A stretch of 64,000 bases of DNA from an uncultured delta proteobacterium (GCA_963815115.1 CAWFFN010000009.1:672001-736000), one strand, 5' to 3'; positions 50,124-61,865 are shown, counted from the first letter of the stretch. Program-made: numbers and translations. Notes: a model not told the origin generated them from the sequence alone.

Positions 50124-51791
50124 ATGCGGTTGACCCTTGCGGCACTGCTCGTCGGGAGCTGGATCCTCTCCGGCGCTGCCCATGCAGCGCTGCCGACGCC
50201 GGGATGCAAGGACTCGCAGGGCGGGGGGTTCACGTATGTCGGGACGGTGAATCCCGGCACGGTGACTCCCGGCGGTCCGCCGCCCGGCGTCCCGCCGGTC
50301 GACGTGGGCGCGATCAGCGTCGTGACCACGGACGGCCCTGGCGGCTCCAGGGAGGTCGCGGTCCACGGCGGCAATCTCGACGTGGTTCACTTCGGAGCAG
50401 GGCTGGGCCAGCTCTTCGCAGGCGCCGCGAGCATCGACGCCTTCGTGCACGCCGAGATCGGCTCGATCCACCTGGCGGCGAGCGCCGCGGCGGAGACATT
50501 GCCCTTTCGATACGCGGCGCCCTTTCCCGGCGCGCTCGGGGAGAACCCCTTCTACGCGCAGGCAGAGGTGAGCATCGCTGGGTGCTGCGACGATGTCGTC
50601 ACGGTGCCCGCCACCCGGAGCGCCCCGAACCCAGGCGACCCGACGACCGTCACGCTGCAGGTAGGCTACAGCGGCAACGAAAAGGCCGGCGCGGACTTCG
50701 ACATCGACCTGCGGAACGCCCCGCGACCCTCGGCGTTCCTCTCGCTCGCCGATGGCACCGATCTCGGCGGCGTCATCAGCGGAACCCGGACGCTCGGCAA
50801 CGTCCCCGTGCTGACGCCCATCGCGCTGCGCTTCTGCTTCGGCGGTGGGCTCGCCGTGACCGCCGGGCACGGCCTGCCAAACCAATTCTACGGCACGGTC
50901 TACCAGCACGGGGGGGACATCGGCTCGGACCATGCGTTCTACGACGCGCTCAACACGGCGGAGATCGCCCTCACCAACGCGGACGGCGCCGGGGCCACGG
51001 GTGCCACCGGGCACGACTACGCCACGTTCAGCGGCGGGTCGACGATCACGACGACCACGACCACGACGACGACCTCGACCTTCGTGCCGCCCGCGACCCT
51101 GCCGAGCTGCGCGGGGTACTGCGGTGACGGCGTCGTCCAGGCCGACTGTGCCGAGACCTGCGAGTGTCCGATGGCGGGCGACCTGGCCGTCGCCGTATGT
51201 GACGTGGGAACGGCGATACCGTCCCTCACGCCGGACTGTGCCCGCTGCGCCGGCTGCCAGGTCGATCTGTCGCCGTGCTCCGCGGGGACCACCACGTCCA
51301 CGACCGTTCCGGGACCCGCGACCACCACGACCACGTCGCTCTCGTCGAGCACGAGCACGACGGCCGCCCCATCGACGACGACGACGACTCTTCCCGGCGC
51401 CTGCGAACCCGCGCCCATGTTCGACTCCCTCGACTGCCGGCTCGGCGCCTTGCTCGATCGGATCGACGGCGAGTCCGACCTCGGCCCCTTCGGGCCCAAG
51501 CTCGAGCAGGCGCTCTCGAGAGCCAGGAACGACGCGGAGGCGGCGAGAGGGATGTGCGCTTCCGCGCAGGTGCGAAGCGCGCGGCGGCGGCTGAAGATGG
51601 CGATCCACGACATGATCCGGTACGCGCGTCACCTGAAGACCGTCGCGGCCCGCAAGCAGCTGCCCGCCACCATCCGGAACGCACTCCTCGCCGCGGGCGA
51701 CCCGATCGGGCGCGACCTGGGACTCCTCAAGAGCCGGCTGCAATGCCCGTCCGATTCCGGCGCACGGGGAACCCCGGAGGTATCGCCGTGA
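50124..51791 (+). CDS. Secreted protein with Thr-rich linkers, a Cys-rich module and a basic helical C-terminus
   Basis: Signal peptide, poly-Thr tracts, YCGDGVVQ..CAETCEC (myxobacterial Cys-rich-repeat-like). Confidence 0.75.
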   Translation: MRLTLAALLVGSWILSGAAHAALPTPGCKDSQGGGFTYVGTVNPGTVTPGGPPPGVPPVDVGAISVVTTDGPGGSREVAVHGGNLDVVHFGAGLGQLFAGAASIDAFVHAEIGSIHLAASAAAETLPFRYAAPFPGALGENPFYAQAEVSIAGCCDDVVTVPATRSAPNPGDPTTVTLQVGYSGNEKAGADFDIDLRNAPRPSAFLSLADGTDLGGVISGTRTLGNVPVLTPIALRFCFGGGLAVTAGHGLPNQFYGTVYQHGGDIGSDHAFYDALNTAEIALTNADGAGATGATGHDYATFSGGSTITTTTTTTTTSTFVPPATLPSCAGYCGDGVVQADCAETCECPMAGDLAVAVCDVGTAIPSLTPDCARCAGCQVDLSPCSAGTTTSTTVPGPATTTTTSLSSSTSTTAAPSTTTTTLPGACEPAPMFDSLDCRLGALLDRIDGESDLGPFGPKLEQALSRARNDAEAARGMCASAQVRSARRRLKMAIHDMIRYARHLKTVAARKQLPATIRNALLAAGDPIGRDLGLLKSRLQCPSDSGARGTPEVSP

Positions 51792-53431
51792 CGGCGCCGG
51801 CGCGCGACCTTCACGGTCGAATCGGCCCGTCGCGCGTGCGACGAACGCCGACGGCCCTGATCACCGTCTGGCTCCTGCTCTCGTGGGCGTCGGTCGCTGC
51901 TGGGGCGCATGGTCAGCCGCACTGCTCGGTGCGGCACGACGGGGCGCAGGTGATCGCCGAGTTCTCGTCGCAGGACGCTCGCAGGGGCCACCAGATGACG
52001 TTCGACCTCGTCACCTCGGGCGGTCCTCCGGAGCGCCGCACCAGCTCCCTCGCCATCGCACGCGGCGGGCGTCTGGTCCTGAAGCTCGAATCGAACCTCG
52101 CGGGCACCGCCGCGCTCCGGGTCCATCTCACGGTCGGTGTGGGCTTCCGCGGATTCCACGAGTTCGACCTCACCAGCGGCGACGGCCGGATGTTCGAGGG
52201 CACCGTGGACGGCCGGGCTCTCGTGCCGTTCCGGGTCGATTCGGGCCTTCGCACGCTGGCCTTCGCCGACGGCAAGCCCGGGCCGCGCGTGAAGGAGAAG
52301 CCGTTCGTCCGCAAGGGACTCCGTCGTCTCGCCAGGCAGGCGCTCGAGAGCTCGTGCCTGGACGACCCCTCCGGCGGGTCGGTCGCCGAGACGCGCGGGC
52401 TCCTGGACAGCTGCGACCTCTGCCAGACCGGATGCATCGGCAAGTTCTTCTTCCGCTGCGGCGCCGAGGCGGTGGCGTCGGGCGCCGGATGCGCGCTGGG
52501 CCCGGTCGCGTGTGCCGCCCTCTTTGGCGCGTCGGGGTACGACTGCTCGGACGGCACCATCGACTGCGACGACGCCTGCCTGGCCAGCAGCGACTGCTGC
52601 GCCGTCCCCTGCGCCGGCGGACACGGCGACGCCTGCGGTCGCAGCTGCTCGGAGGACGCGGTGTGCTGCGGCGGCCAGTCCTGCTGCTCCTCGGGCGAGC
52701 AGTGCTGCGGCACCGTGTGCTGCGACTCCGTGAACAACGACATGCACTGCGCGCAGCCGAGCACCGGGCTGTGCTGCTTCAACGACCACATGGGTGACGT
52801 GTGCGGCAGCCAGCAGTGCTGCCCGACCGACAAGCCGGTCTGCCGCGATCCCGCGCACGTCACGTGCTGCGCGCCGGACAGCGGCGACGTCTGCGGCGAC
52901 GACTGTTGCCCGGCGTCGGCGCCGATGTGCGTGCACCCGCTCGGCGTCTGCTGCGCGCCGGAGAACGTGTGCGGCCAGGGCTGCTGCGTGCCGCCGAACG
53001 TCTGCCAGGCCGGCGGCTCGTGCTGCACTCCCGACCGCGTGTGCGGCAGCAACTGCTGCGAGGGGGAGGAGACCTGCCTCGACCCGGCCCGGAGCCTCTG
53101 CTGCGGCGGCATTGCCAGCAAGGTCTGCGGCAGCAACTGCTGCGGGCCGGACGAGACGTGCCTCGGCGACAGCTGCTGCCCGATCGCGCAGGGGTGCGGC
53201 GGCACGTGCTGTCCGGCCGGCGAGCTCTGCACCGATCCGGCGACGCACACGTGCTCGGCATGCGACCCCGGGACCGCGCCGTGCGCGCCGCTGGGCGGCG
53301 GGCCCGCGGTCTGCTGCGCGCCCGGGGTCACGTGCTGCGCCGGTCCGCCGCCGCAGTGCTGCGCCAGCGGCTCGCAGCTCTGCTGCGGGACGCCGTTCGC
53401 CTGCCACGATGAGTCGTTCTGCCTGCGCTGA
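51788..53431 (+). CDS. Secreted protein with an extensive CC-repeat Cys-rich C-terminal half
   Basis: GTGA overlap with the upstream gene; hydrophobic N-terminal segment; repeated VCG..CC motifs. Confidence 0.75.
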   Translation: MTAPARDLHGRIGPSRVRRTPTALITVWLLLSWASVAAGAHGQPHCSVRHDGAQVIAEFSSQDARRGHQMTFDLVTSGGPPERRTSSLAIARGGRLVLKLESNLAGTAALRVHLTVGVGFRGFHEFDLTSGDGRMFEGTVDGRALVPFRVDSGLRTLAFADGKPGPRVKEKPFVRKGLRRLARQALESSCLDDPSGGSVAETRGLLDSCDLCQTGCIGKFFFRCGAEAVASGAGCALGPVACAALFGASGYDCSDGTIDCDDACLASSDCCAVPCAGGHGDACGRSCSEDAVCCGGQSCCSSGEQCCGTVCCDSVNNDMHCAQPSTGLCCFNDHMGDVCGSQQCCPTDKPVCRDPAHVTCCAPDSGDVCGDDCCPASAPMCVHPLGVCCAPENVCGQGCCVPPNVCQAGGSCCTPDRVCGSNCCEGEETCLDPARSLCCGGIASKVCGSNCCGPDETCLGDSCCPIAQGCGGTCCPAGELCTDPATHTCSACDPGTAPCAPLGGGPAVCCAPGVTCCAGPPPQCCASGSQLCCGTPFACHDESFCLR

Positions 53432-53435
53432 GCGG

Positions 53436-54626
53436 GTGCCGCGGCCGCGCGCCGCGTTCCTCGCCCTCACCGTCCTCCTCGTCGCGGCCGTCGCCGCGGG
53501 CGACTGCGGCGAGTGCACGATCCCGACCGACTGCGTGCCGTCCTTCAGCCGGTGCGTCACCACGACGTGTACCCCGGATCACTGCTGCACCGACGTCCCG
53601 GTCGACTGTGACGACCACCTCGCCTGCACGATCGACACGTGCAGCGAGGCGTTCGGCTGCCAGCACGCCGACGCGTGCAACGACGGGAACCCGTGCAACG
53701 GCGAGGAGTCCTGCCTCCCGTTCGGCACCGAGCACCTGTGCCTCGAGGGTGTCCCGCTCGACTGCGACGACGGCGACGCCTGTACGGCCGACCAGTGCCG
53801 TCCCGACGGCTGCGCGCACGATGCGCTCGATTGCGACGACCACGATCCCTGCACCAGCGACGCATGCGACCACGCGACCGGCTGCACCCACACGGCGATC
53901 GCGGGCTGCTGTACGACCGACGCGGCCTGCCGCGGCGACCCCTGCGTGCAGGGCGCCACGTGCAGCGGAGGGATCTGCCGGGGCGGCGTACCGGCCGACT
54001 GCGACGACCGGAACGCCTGCACGACCGACGCCTGCGACGGCGGCCTGGGATGTGTCCACGCGCCGATCGCCTGCAACGACGGCGACCCGTGCACGCGCGA
54101 CGCGTGTGATCCGTCGATCGGGTGCACCCACGCAGGCGTGGTGGGATGCTGCAACGGCGACGCCGATTGCCGGAGCGACCCGTGCATCGCCGGCCGGACA
54201 TGCGTGAGCCACTCCTGCATCGGCGGGGCACCGGCGAATTGCGACGACGGCGACCCGTGCACGACGGATCGCTGCGTGGCGAACGTCGGGTGCATCGCGG
54301 ATGCGGTGACCGGCCCCGCGTCGGCACGCTGCGTGTGCGACCGGGCGATGCCCGCATCGTGCAGCGGCGTCGTCGTCCCGCAGCCGCTGGAGGCCGCCAT
54401 CGTCCGCTCGTGCGCGCTCACCCGGCGCGCCACCGCCCCGGGAAGCCCCATGGAGCGCGCGCGAAAGCTGGCCGGCCGGGCGGCCCATCGCTTCGCGAAG
54501 GGTGCGTCGATCGCGACCCACGCGGGAGTACAGTCTCGGATCGGACCCGCGTGCGCAGGCGCCCTCGGTGCGCTGCTCGACGACGACCGCGACAGGGTCC
54601 TCGTCTTCCGTAGCACGCTGCCGTAG
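53436..54626 (+). CDS. Secreted Cys-rich protein with Dictyostelium/slime-mold-type CDDGxxCTxDxC repeats
   Basis: Signal peptide; about seven repeats such as CDDGDACTADQC, CDDHDPCTSDAC, CNDGDPCTRDAC. Confidence 0.8.
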   Translation: MPRPRAAFLALTVLLVAAVAAGDCGECTIPTDCVPSFSRCVTTTCTPDHCCTDVPVDCDDHLACTIDTCSEAFGCQHADACNDGNPCNGEESCLPFGTEHLCLEGVPLDCDDGDACTADQCRPDGCAHDALDCDDHDPCTSDACDHATGCTHTAIAGCCTTDAACRGDPCVQGATCSGGICRGGVPADCDDRNACTTDACDGGLGCVHAPIACNDGDPCTRDACDPSIGCTHAGVVGCCNGDADCRSDPCIAGRTCVSHSCIGGAPANCDDGDPCTTDRCVANVGCIADAVTGPASARCVCDRAMPASCSGVVVPQPLEAAIVRSCALTRRATAPGSPMERARKLAGRAAHRFAKGASIATHAGVQSRIGPACAGALGALLDDDRDRVLVFRSTLP

Positions 54627-54676
54627 CGGGAACCGGCGGGTGGACGGCGCGCGGGCAGGGGGAGTAACTCGGAGCC

Positions 54677-55108
54677 GTGACGCGTCGGCAGTGGATGCTG
54701 TCCGCGTTCTTCGTCGCCGTGATCGCCCTCAAGGTCGCGGAGGCGGCTCTTCGTCTCGAGAGCTGGCCCCTCACCGACGTCCGCATGTTCTCGGCGCGCG
54801 TGCCGCCGTGGGTGACGCCGTTCGACGTCACGCTGCTCGCGACCCGCGGCGGTCCCTGGTTCCCGCTCACGGCGTTCGATCTCGGGCTCGGTCCCGACGG
54901 GCTGCGCCGCCGCTTGCCGCCCGACCTGAAGGTGCTGCCCGCTGCGTGCGGGGAGCTCGGGCGCCTCTACAACACGCAACACCCCGGCGCGGGAGCGCTG
55001 GCGGGCCTGCGTGCCCGTGTGCGGCGCGTCCCGAGGCCCGGAGTTCCGAGCGAGCCCTTCGATCAAACCGTCGAGTGTCCGCTCGCACCGCCGTCCGCGG
55101 CGCGCTGA
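54677..55108 (+). CDS. Small membrane-anchored hypothetical protein
   Basis: N-terminal TM, ESWPLTDVRMFS motif, two Cys; 2 nt upstream of the HTTM-like gene. Confidence 0.65.
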   Translation: MTRRQWMLSAFFVAVIALKVAEAALRLESWPLTDVRMFSARVPPWVTPFDVTLLATRGGPWFPLTAFDLGLGPDGLRRRLPPDLKVLPAACGELGRLYNTQHPGAGALAGLRARVRRVPRPGVPSEPFDQTVECPLAPPSAAR

Positions 55109-55110
55109 CG

Positions 55111-56310
55111 ATGGGACGCCGGCTGCTCGACGCGTGGCGCCGCTACTGGTTCTCCCCGGCATCCCTCACCAACCTCGGCATCGCACGCGTCCTGCTCGCC
55201 GCCATCCTGCTCTGGCTCGACGGCACGACCCGCTTTCTCGGCGTCGCCACGACGCCGTCCGCTTTCTGGACGCCGATCGGGCTCCTGCGCGGGCTGGGAA
55301 TCAGCCAGCCCGGATTGCCCCTGCTCGAGTGGCTGTCGTCGGCGAACGTGGTGCTGCTCTGCGCCGTTGCCCTCGGCGTCTTCACGCGCCCGGCGCTGGC
55401 GCTGCTGTTTCCCCTCCAGCTCTACCTCGAGTCGCTTCTCAACTGCTTCGGCAAGGCCTCCCACGGCACGATCCCCGACCTCTACGCGCTCCTGTTCCTC
55501 CTGCTGGCGCCGTGCGACCGGGGCTTCGCGCTCGGCGCGATGTGGCGGCGCGCGCGGGCCGCCGGCACCGCGGCCGTCGCTCCGCCGAGCCGCCAGTCGT
55601 CCTTCGCGGGCTGGCCGCTCGACCTGCTGTTCGTCGAGCTCGCCGCGTACTACTGTCTCTCGGGGCTCTCCAAGCTGCGCGACGGCGGCCTCGCATGGGC
55701 CGACGGGTATGCGCTGCAGTACTACCTGCTGCTCATGCGTACCGACGGCGGCGTGTGGCTCGCGTCCCATCTCTGGCTCTGCACGGCGCTGTCGGTGCTC
55801 GTTTTCGCGTTCGAGCTCGGCGCTCCGCTCGGCATCGTGCGCCGCTGGCGTCCACTCGTCCTCGGCGGCGGCCTGCTGTTTCACCTCTCCACCTGGGTCT
55901 TCATGGACATCTGGTTCTGGCCCATCGTGGCCCTGTACGCGCTCTTCGTGCCGTGGACGCGGCTCGGGACGGCAGCCGCGCGCAGCACCGGGTTCGCGCG
56001 CGGCTCGCTACGCGTCGCCTACGATGGTGGCTGTTCCTCCTGCCGGCGGACGGTGTCGGTGCTGCGCGACCTCGATCTCGCGAGCACGCTCGCCTTCGTT
56101 GCCGTGGCGCCGCCGGCGCGCGGAGGCCACCTGTCGGGCGGCCACGTCGTCGTGGGCACTCGCGGCGACGTCGACGGCCTGCGCCGCCTCGCCTGGGCGC
56201 TCCCGGCCGCGTGGCCGCTCGCGCCGCTCCTCTACATCCCCGGAACGTCGTGGCTCGGACGTCGCCTGTGGAGCGCCATGGCACGGCTGCGCGCGGCCGC
56301 TTCGCCTTGA
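55111..56310 (+). CDS. HTTM-like membrane protein fused to a DCC1/DUF393 thiol-disulfide domain
   Basis: WRRYWFSP..NLGIARV, YCLSGLSKL...WADG, FEL, LFHL, C-terminal YDGGCSSC (DGxCxxC). Confidence 0.75.
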   Translation: MGRRLLDAWRRYWFSPASLTNLGIARVLLAAILLWLDGTTRFLGVATTPSAFWTPIGLLRGLGISQPGLPLLEWLSSANVVLLCAVALGVFTRPALALLFPLQLYLESLLNCFGKASHGTIPDLYALLFLLLAPCDRGFALGAMWRRARAAGTAAVAPPSRQSSFAGWPLDLLFVELAAYYCLSGLSKLRDGGLAWADGYALQYYLLLMRTDGGVWLASHLWLCTALSVLVFAFELGAPLGIVRRWRPLVLGGGLLFHLSTWVFMDIWFWPIVALYALFVPWTRLGTAAARSTGFARGSLRVAYDGGCSSCRRTVSVLRDLDLASTLAFVAVAPPARGGHLSGGHVVVGTRGDVDGLRRLAWALPAAWPLAPLLYIPGTSWLGRRLWSAMARLRAAASP

Positions 56311-56342
56311 CGCTCCGGCCGGGCCGGGGGCACCATCGGTGC

Positions 56343-57134
56343 GTGACCATCGACCAGCACATCCTCCTGTCGGATCTGAACTACGCCGAGGCCCTGCGCG
56401 AGCTCACCCGCCGCGCGGGCGGGGTCGTGCACGACGAGGACGGGCTCCTCTGCTACGCGGGCCCCGATCCGTTCCCCGTCCTGATGAACGGCGTCATGCG
56501 CACGGGACCCGGTCCTTCCGCGCCGGTCGTGCTCGAGCGCGCGCGGGCCTTCTTCGCGCCGCGCGGCCGGGGCTATACCGTGCACGTGCGGACGCACGCC
56601 GACGCCGATCTGCGGGCGGCGAGCGAGCGCGCGGGCCTGACGCTGATCGGCGATGCGCCGGGCATGGTGCTCCACCGGCGCCTCCCCGACGCCGCGCCGC
56701 CGCCCGGCGTCGAGCTCCGGCGTGTGAGCGGCGACGGCGACGTGAAGGCGTTCGGTCGCATCATGGGCCAGGCCTACGCCACCTACGGCATGCCGTCCGA
56801 GGTCGGGCCCGCGTCGTTCCCCCATCGCGACGTCTTGATCGCCCCGCACATCGCCGCGTTTCTCGCCCTGCTCGACGGAGAGCCGGTCGCCGGTGCCATG
56901 GTGATCGTCACGCACGGCGTGGGCGGCGTGTACTGGGTGGGCACGCTGCCCGAAGCGCGCGGCCGCGGGCTGGCCGAGCTGTGCACGCGCGCCGCGGGCA
57001 ACGCGGGGTTCGACCAGGGCGCTCACATCGCGGCCCTGCAGGCCTCGGTGATGGGGGAGCCGATCTACCGGCGCATGGGCTACGTGGAGGTGACCCGATA
57101 TCCCTTCATGGTGCAGCTCAGCCCGCCGGCCTGA
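56343..57134 (+). CDS. GNAT family acetyltransferase
   Basis: GVYWVGTLPEARGRGLA, LQASVMGEPIYRRMGY. Confidence 0.88.
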   Translation: MTIDQHILLSDLNYAEALRELTRRAGGVVHDEDGLLCYAGPDPFPVLMNGVMRTGPGPSAPVVLERARAFFAPRGRGYTVHVRTHADADLRAASERAGLTLIGDAPGMVLHRRLPDAAPPPGVELRRVSGDGDVKAFGRIMGQAYATYGMPSEVGPASFPHRDVLIAPHIAAFLALLDGEPVAGAMVIVTHGVGGVYWVGTLPEARGRGLAELCTRAAGNAGFDQGAHIAALQASVMGEPIYRRMGYVEVTRYPFMVQLSPPA

Positions 57135-57186
57135 GGAGTTCTCCGCGCGGCTTGACTGCGCGGCCGCTTCGCCGGATGGTCGCGCG

Positions 57187-58188
57187 ATGGAGCGCATCGG
57201 CGTCGTCCCGTTCTGGAAGAGCTACGATCGCAAGGCCGTGCTGCGCACCGCGCAGCTGGCCGACGATCTGGGCTACGACTCGATCTGGATCCCGGAGGCG
57301 TGGGCCTACGAGCAGTTCCAGCTCCTCACCGAGATCGCCCTCAACACCAAGCGGCTGAAGCTCGCGACCGGCATCGCCAACGTCTTCAGCCGTTCCGCCG
57401 GCCTGCTCGCGATGAGCGTCGCGACGCTCGACGAGATCTCCGAGGGCCGCGCCCTCCTGGGCCTCGGCACCAGCGGCAAGCTCGTGATCGAGAACTTCCA
57501 CGGCGTGCCCTACCGCAAGCCGCTCACGCGGCTGAAGGAGACGGTGGGCATCTGCCGCGCGCTCTGGCGCGGCGATCGCCTGCAGCCCGAGCTGAGCACG
57601 CTCTTCGATGCCCGGCACTTCAAGCTCGAGATGACGCCGGTGCGCTCGAACGTGCCGATCTACATCGCCTCGCTGCAGGAGAACGCCATCCGCGAGGTCG
57701 GACGCATCGCGGACGGCTGGGTGCCGACCTTCTGGCCCTATCGGCATCTGTCCGACGGGCGCGCCCTGCTCGACGAAGGCGCGCGCGCGGCAGGTCGCGA
57801 TCCCGCCGCCATCGAGATCGCGCCCTTCATGGCGATCGTGCCGCTCGACGACACGGACGCGGCGCGCGCCATGATCAAGCCGCTGGTCTCGTTCTACATC
57901 GGCGGCATGGGTGCGTACTATCACGCGCTCTTCTGCCGCTACGGCTTCGAGGACAACGCCAATCAGGTGCGCGCGCTGTACGACGCCGGCGAGCGCAAGC
58001 AGGCCGCGGCGGCGGTCAGCGACGAGCTCATCGACGCCATCGCGATCTGCGGGCCGCCGGCCCACTGTCGCGAGCAGCTCGCCGAGTGGCGCCGGCACGG
58101 TGTCGGGCTCGCTCTGATGAACCTTCCCACCGGCGCGCCGTTCGAGCTGGCGGAGATGCTGCTGCGCACGATGGCGCCGGCGCGCTGA
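57187..58188 (+). CDS. LLM class flavin/F420-dependent oxidoreductase
   Basis: LGYDSIWIPEAW, TGIANVFSRS, SEGRALLGLG, ADGW. Confidence 0.88.
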   Translation: MERIGVVPFWKSYDRKAVLRTAQLADDLGYDSIWIPEAWAYEQFQLLTEIALNTKRLKLATGIANVFSRSAGLLAMSVATLDEISEGRALLGLGTSGKLVIENFHGVPYRKPLTRLKETVGICRALWRGDRLQPELSTLFDARHFKLEMTPVRSNVPIYIASLQENAIREVGRIADGWVPTFWPYRHLSDGRALLDEGARAAGRDPAAIEIAPFMAIVPLDDTDAARAMIKPLVSFYIGGMGAYYHALFCRYGFEDNANQVRALYDAGERKQAAAAVSDELIDAIAICGPPAHCREQLAEWRRHGVGLALMNLPTGAPFELAEMLLRTMAPAR

Positions 58189-58263
58189 GGACGTCGCGGG
58201 GACCGTGTTCGCGGACATGCCGTCGGGTTGCCGCTCCCGGACGGAGCCGTTAGAACGCCCGTA

Positions 58264-60905
58264 GTGACCGGCGACGAGGTTCGGCAGAGCTTTCTCGACT
58301 TCTTCCGCGAGCGCGGTCACACCATCGTGCCGAGCGCGCCGCTGGTGCCGGCCGACGATCCGAGCCTGCTGTTCACCAACGCCGGGATGGTGCAGTTCAA
58401 GCAGGTCTTCCTCGGCTCCGAGACCCGTCCCTACACCCGCGCCGCCGACAGCCAGAAGGTGCTGCGCATCAGCGGCAAGCACAACGATCTGGAGCAGGTC
58501 GGGCGCGACACCTATCACCACACCTTCTTCGAGATGCTCGGCAACTGGTCGTTCGGCGACTACTGGAAGCGCGACGCCATCGTGTGGGCGTGGGAGCTCC
58601 TCACCACCGTCTGGAAGCTGCCGAAGGACCAGCTCTATGCCACCGTCTATACGACCGACGACGAGGCCGCGACGCTGTGGCTCGAGGTGACCGACATCGG
58701 CCGCGACCGGGTCAGCCGCTTCGAGCAGGAGAACTTCTGGGAGATGGGCGAGACCGGCCCGTGCGGTCCCTGCTCCGAGATCCACATCGATCGCGGGCCC
58801 GCGGCGTGCGACCGGCAGGGCGAGCCGCATCCCTGCGCCGTGAACGGCGGCTGCGCGCGCTTCATCGAGCTCTGGAACCTGGTCTTCATCCAGTACAACC
58901 GCGACGCCGCCGGCACGCTCACGGAGCTGCCTGCGAAGCACGTCGACACCGGCATGGGCTTCGAGCGCGTCACGGCGGTGCTCCAGGGCGTCCCCAGCAA
59001 CTACGACATCGACGTCCTCCGTCGCGTCATCGCGTCCGCCGAGCGGCTGGCGGGCAAGCGCTACGGTGCCGATGCGCGCGACGACGTGTCGCTGCGCGTG
59101 ATCGCCGACCACGCGCGGGCGGTCACCTTCCTGGTGCAGGAGGGGATCGTGCCGTCGAACGAGGGACGCGGCTACGTGCTGCGCCGCCTGCTGCGCCGGG
59201 CCGCGCGGCACGGAAAGCTCCTCGGGCTCGACCGGCCGTTCCTGCACGAGGTCGTCGGCGCCGTGGTGGAGACGATGGGGCGCGCCTATCCCGAGGTGGT
59301 GCGGGCCGAGGAGACCATCCGGCAGGTGGTCCGCGCCGAGGAGGAGCGCTTCGCCGCCACCCTCGACCGGGGCCTCGCGCTCCTCGCCGACGAGGTCGAG
59401 CGCGCGCGCGCGAGCGGCGGCGCGACGCTGCCCGGCGGGGTCGCCTTCCGGCTCTACGACACCTACGGCTTCCCGCTCGACCTCACCGAGGACATCCTCG
59501 CCGGCGAGGGCATGTCGGTCGACCGCGAGGGCTTCGACCAGGCCATGAGCGCGCAGCGCGAGCGGGGCCGTGCCGCGCGCCAGTTCGCCGACGCCACGGC
59601 CGCACCGGAGCTGCTCGAGCAGGGCGCGCTCGTCACGCGCTTCGTCGGCGACCACGTCCCCGAGCTGGACTCGGAGGTCCTGGCTCTGGTCGCGGGCCGC
59701 GAGTCGCGCCGCAGCGCGCGCGAGGGCGACGAGATCGACGTCATCACCGCGGAGACCCCTTTCTACGCGGAATCGGGCGGCCAGGTGGGCGACCGCGGCT
59801 GGCTCGTCACCGATGCGGGCGCTCGCGTGGAGATCCTCGACACGCATCGCATCGCGCCCGCCGTGATCGCGCATCGCGGCGTCGTCCGCCAGGGAACGCT
59901 GACGGTGGGCGACCGGGTGCACCTCACCATCGACTCCGCGCGCCGGGAGGCGGCCCGCCTGAACCACTCGGCCACGCATCTGGTGCACGCCGCGCTCCGC
60001 CACCGGCTGGGGGCGCACGTCAAGCAGGCGGGCTCGCTGGTCGATCCCGAGCACCTGCGCTTCGACTTCAACCATCATGCAGCGGTCGGTGACGACGCGC
60101 TGCTCGCCGTCGAGGACGAGGTGAACGCCTTCGTGCGGGCCAACGCCCCGGTGACCACCGAGGAGATGAGCTACGACGACGCCATCCGCGCCGGCGCGCT
60201 GGCCTTCTTCGGCGACAAGTACGGCGATCGTGTCACCGTCGTGCGCATGGGCGACTTCTCGATCGAGCTCTGCGGCGGCACGCACGTCGCGCGCACGGGC
60301 GACATCGGCTTCTTCCGGCTCGACGGCGAGAGCGGCGTCGCGGCCGGGGTGCGGCGCATCGAGGCCACGACCGGGCAGGGGGCCATCGCCAGCGTGCGGC
60401 GGGAGATCAAGAGCCTCGACGAGGTGCGCGACCTGCTCGGCTCGGAGGACGTCACGTCCAGGATCGAGCGCCTGCGCGTCGACCTGCGCGAGAAGGACAG
60501 GCGCATCGCGGAGCTGCAGGGCAAGCTCGCCGGCGGCGCCACGCGCGACGTGCTGGCGGACGCCCGGAGCGTCGACGGGATCACCGTGCTCGCGACCCGC
60601 ATCGACGGCCTCGACGACAAGGGGCTGCGCGAGATGGCCGACCGCCTGCGGGATCGCATCAAGTCGGGCGTGGTCGTGCTCGGCGCCGCGCTGGGCGAGC
60701 GCGCCGTGCTCCTGGCTGCGGTCACCAAGGATCTCACCGGGCGCTATCACGCCGGCAACATCATCAAGCAGCTCGCACCGCTGGTGGGCGGGGGCGGGGG
60801 CGGCCGGCCCGACTTCGCGCAGGCGGGCGGCAAGGAGCCCGATCGCCTCGATGCGGCGCTCGCCGCCGCCTACGAGCTGCTCGGCGCGGGAGGCGACCGG
60901 CCGTC

Positions 60906-60909
<4 letters not shown>
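58264..60909 (+). CDS. alaS: Alanine--tRNA ligase
   Basis: [65 protein letters not shown]. Confidence 0.99.

Positions 60910-61865
<956 letters not shown>

Noticed and set aside
51040-54300. Repetitive DNA as a CRISPR array or VNTR
   Set aside because: The repeats are codon-level (poly-Thr and Cys motifs) inside ORFs; there is no constant repeat with unique spacers and no cas genes.
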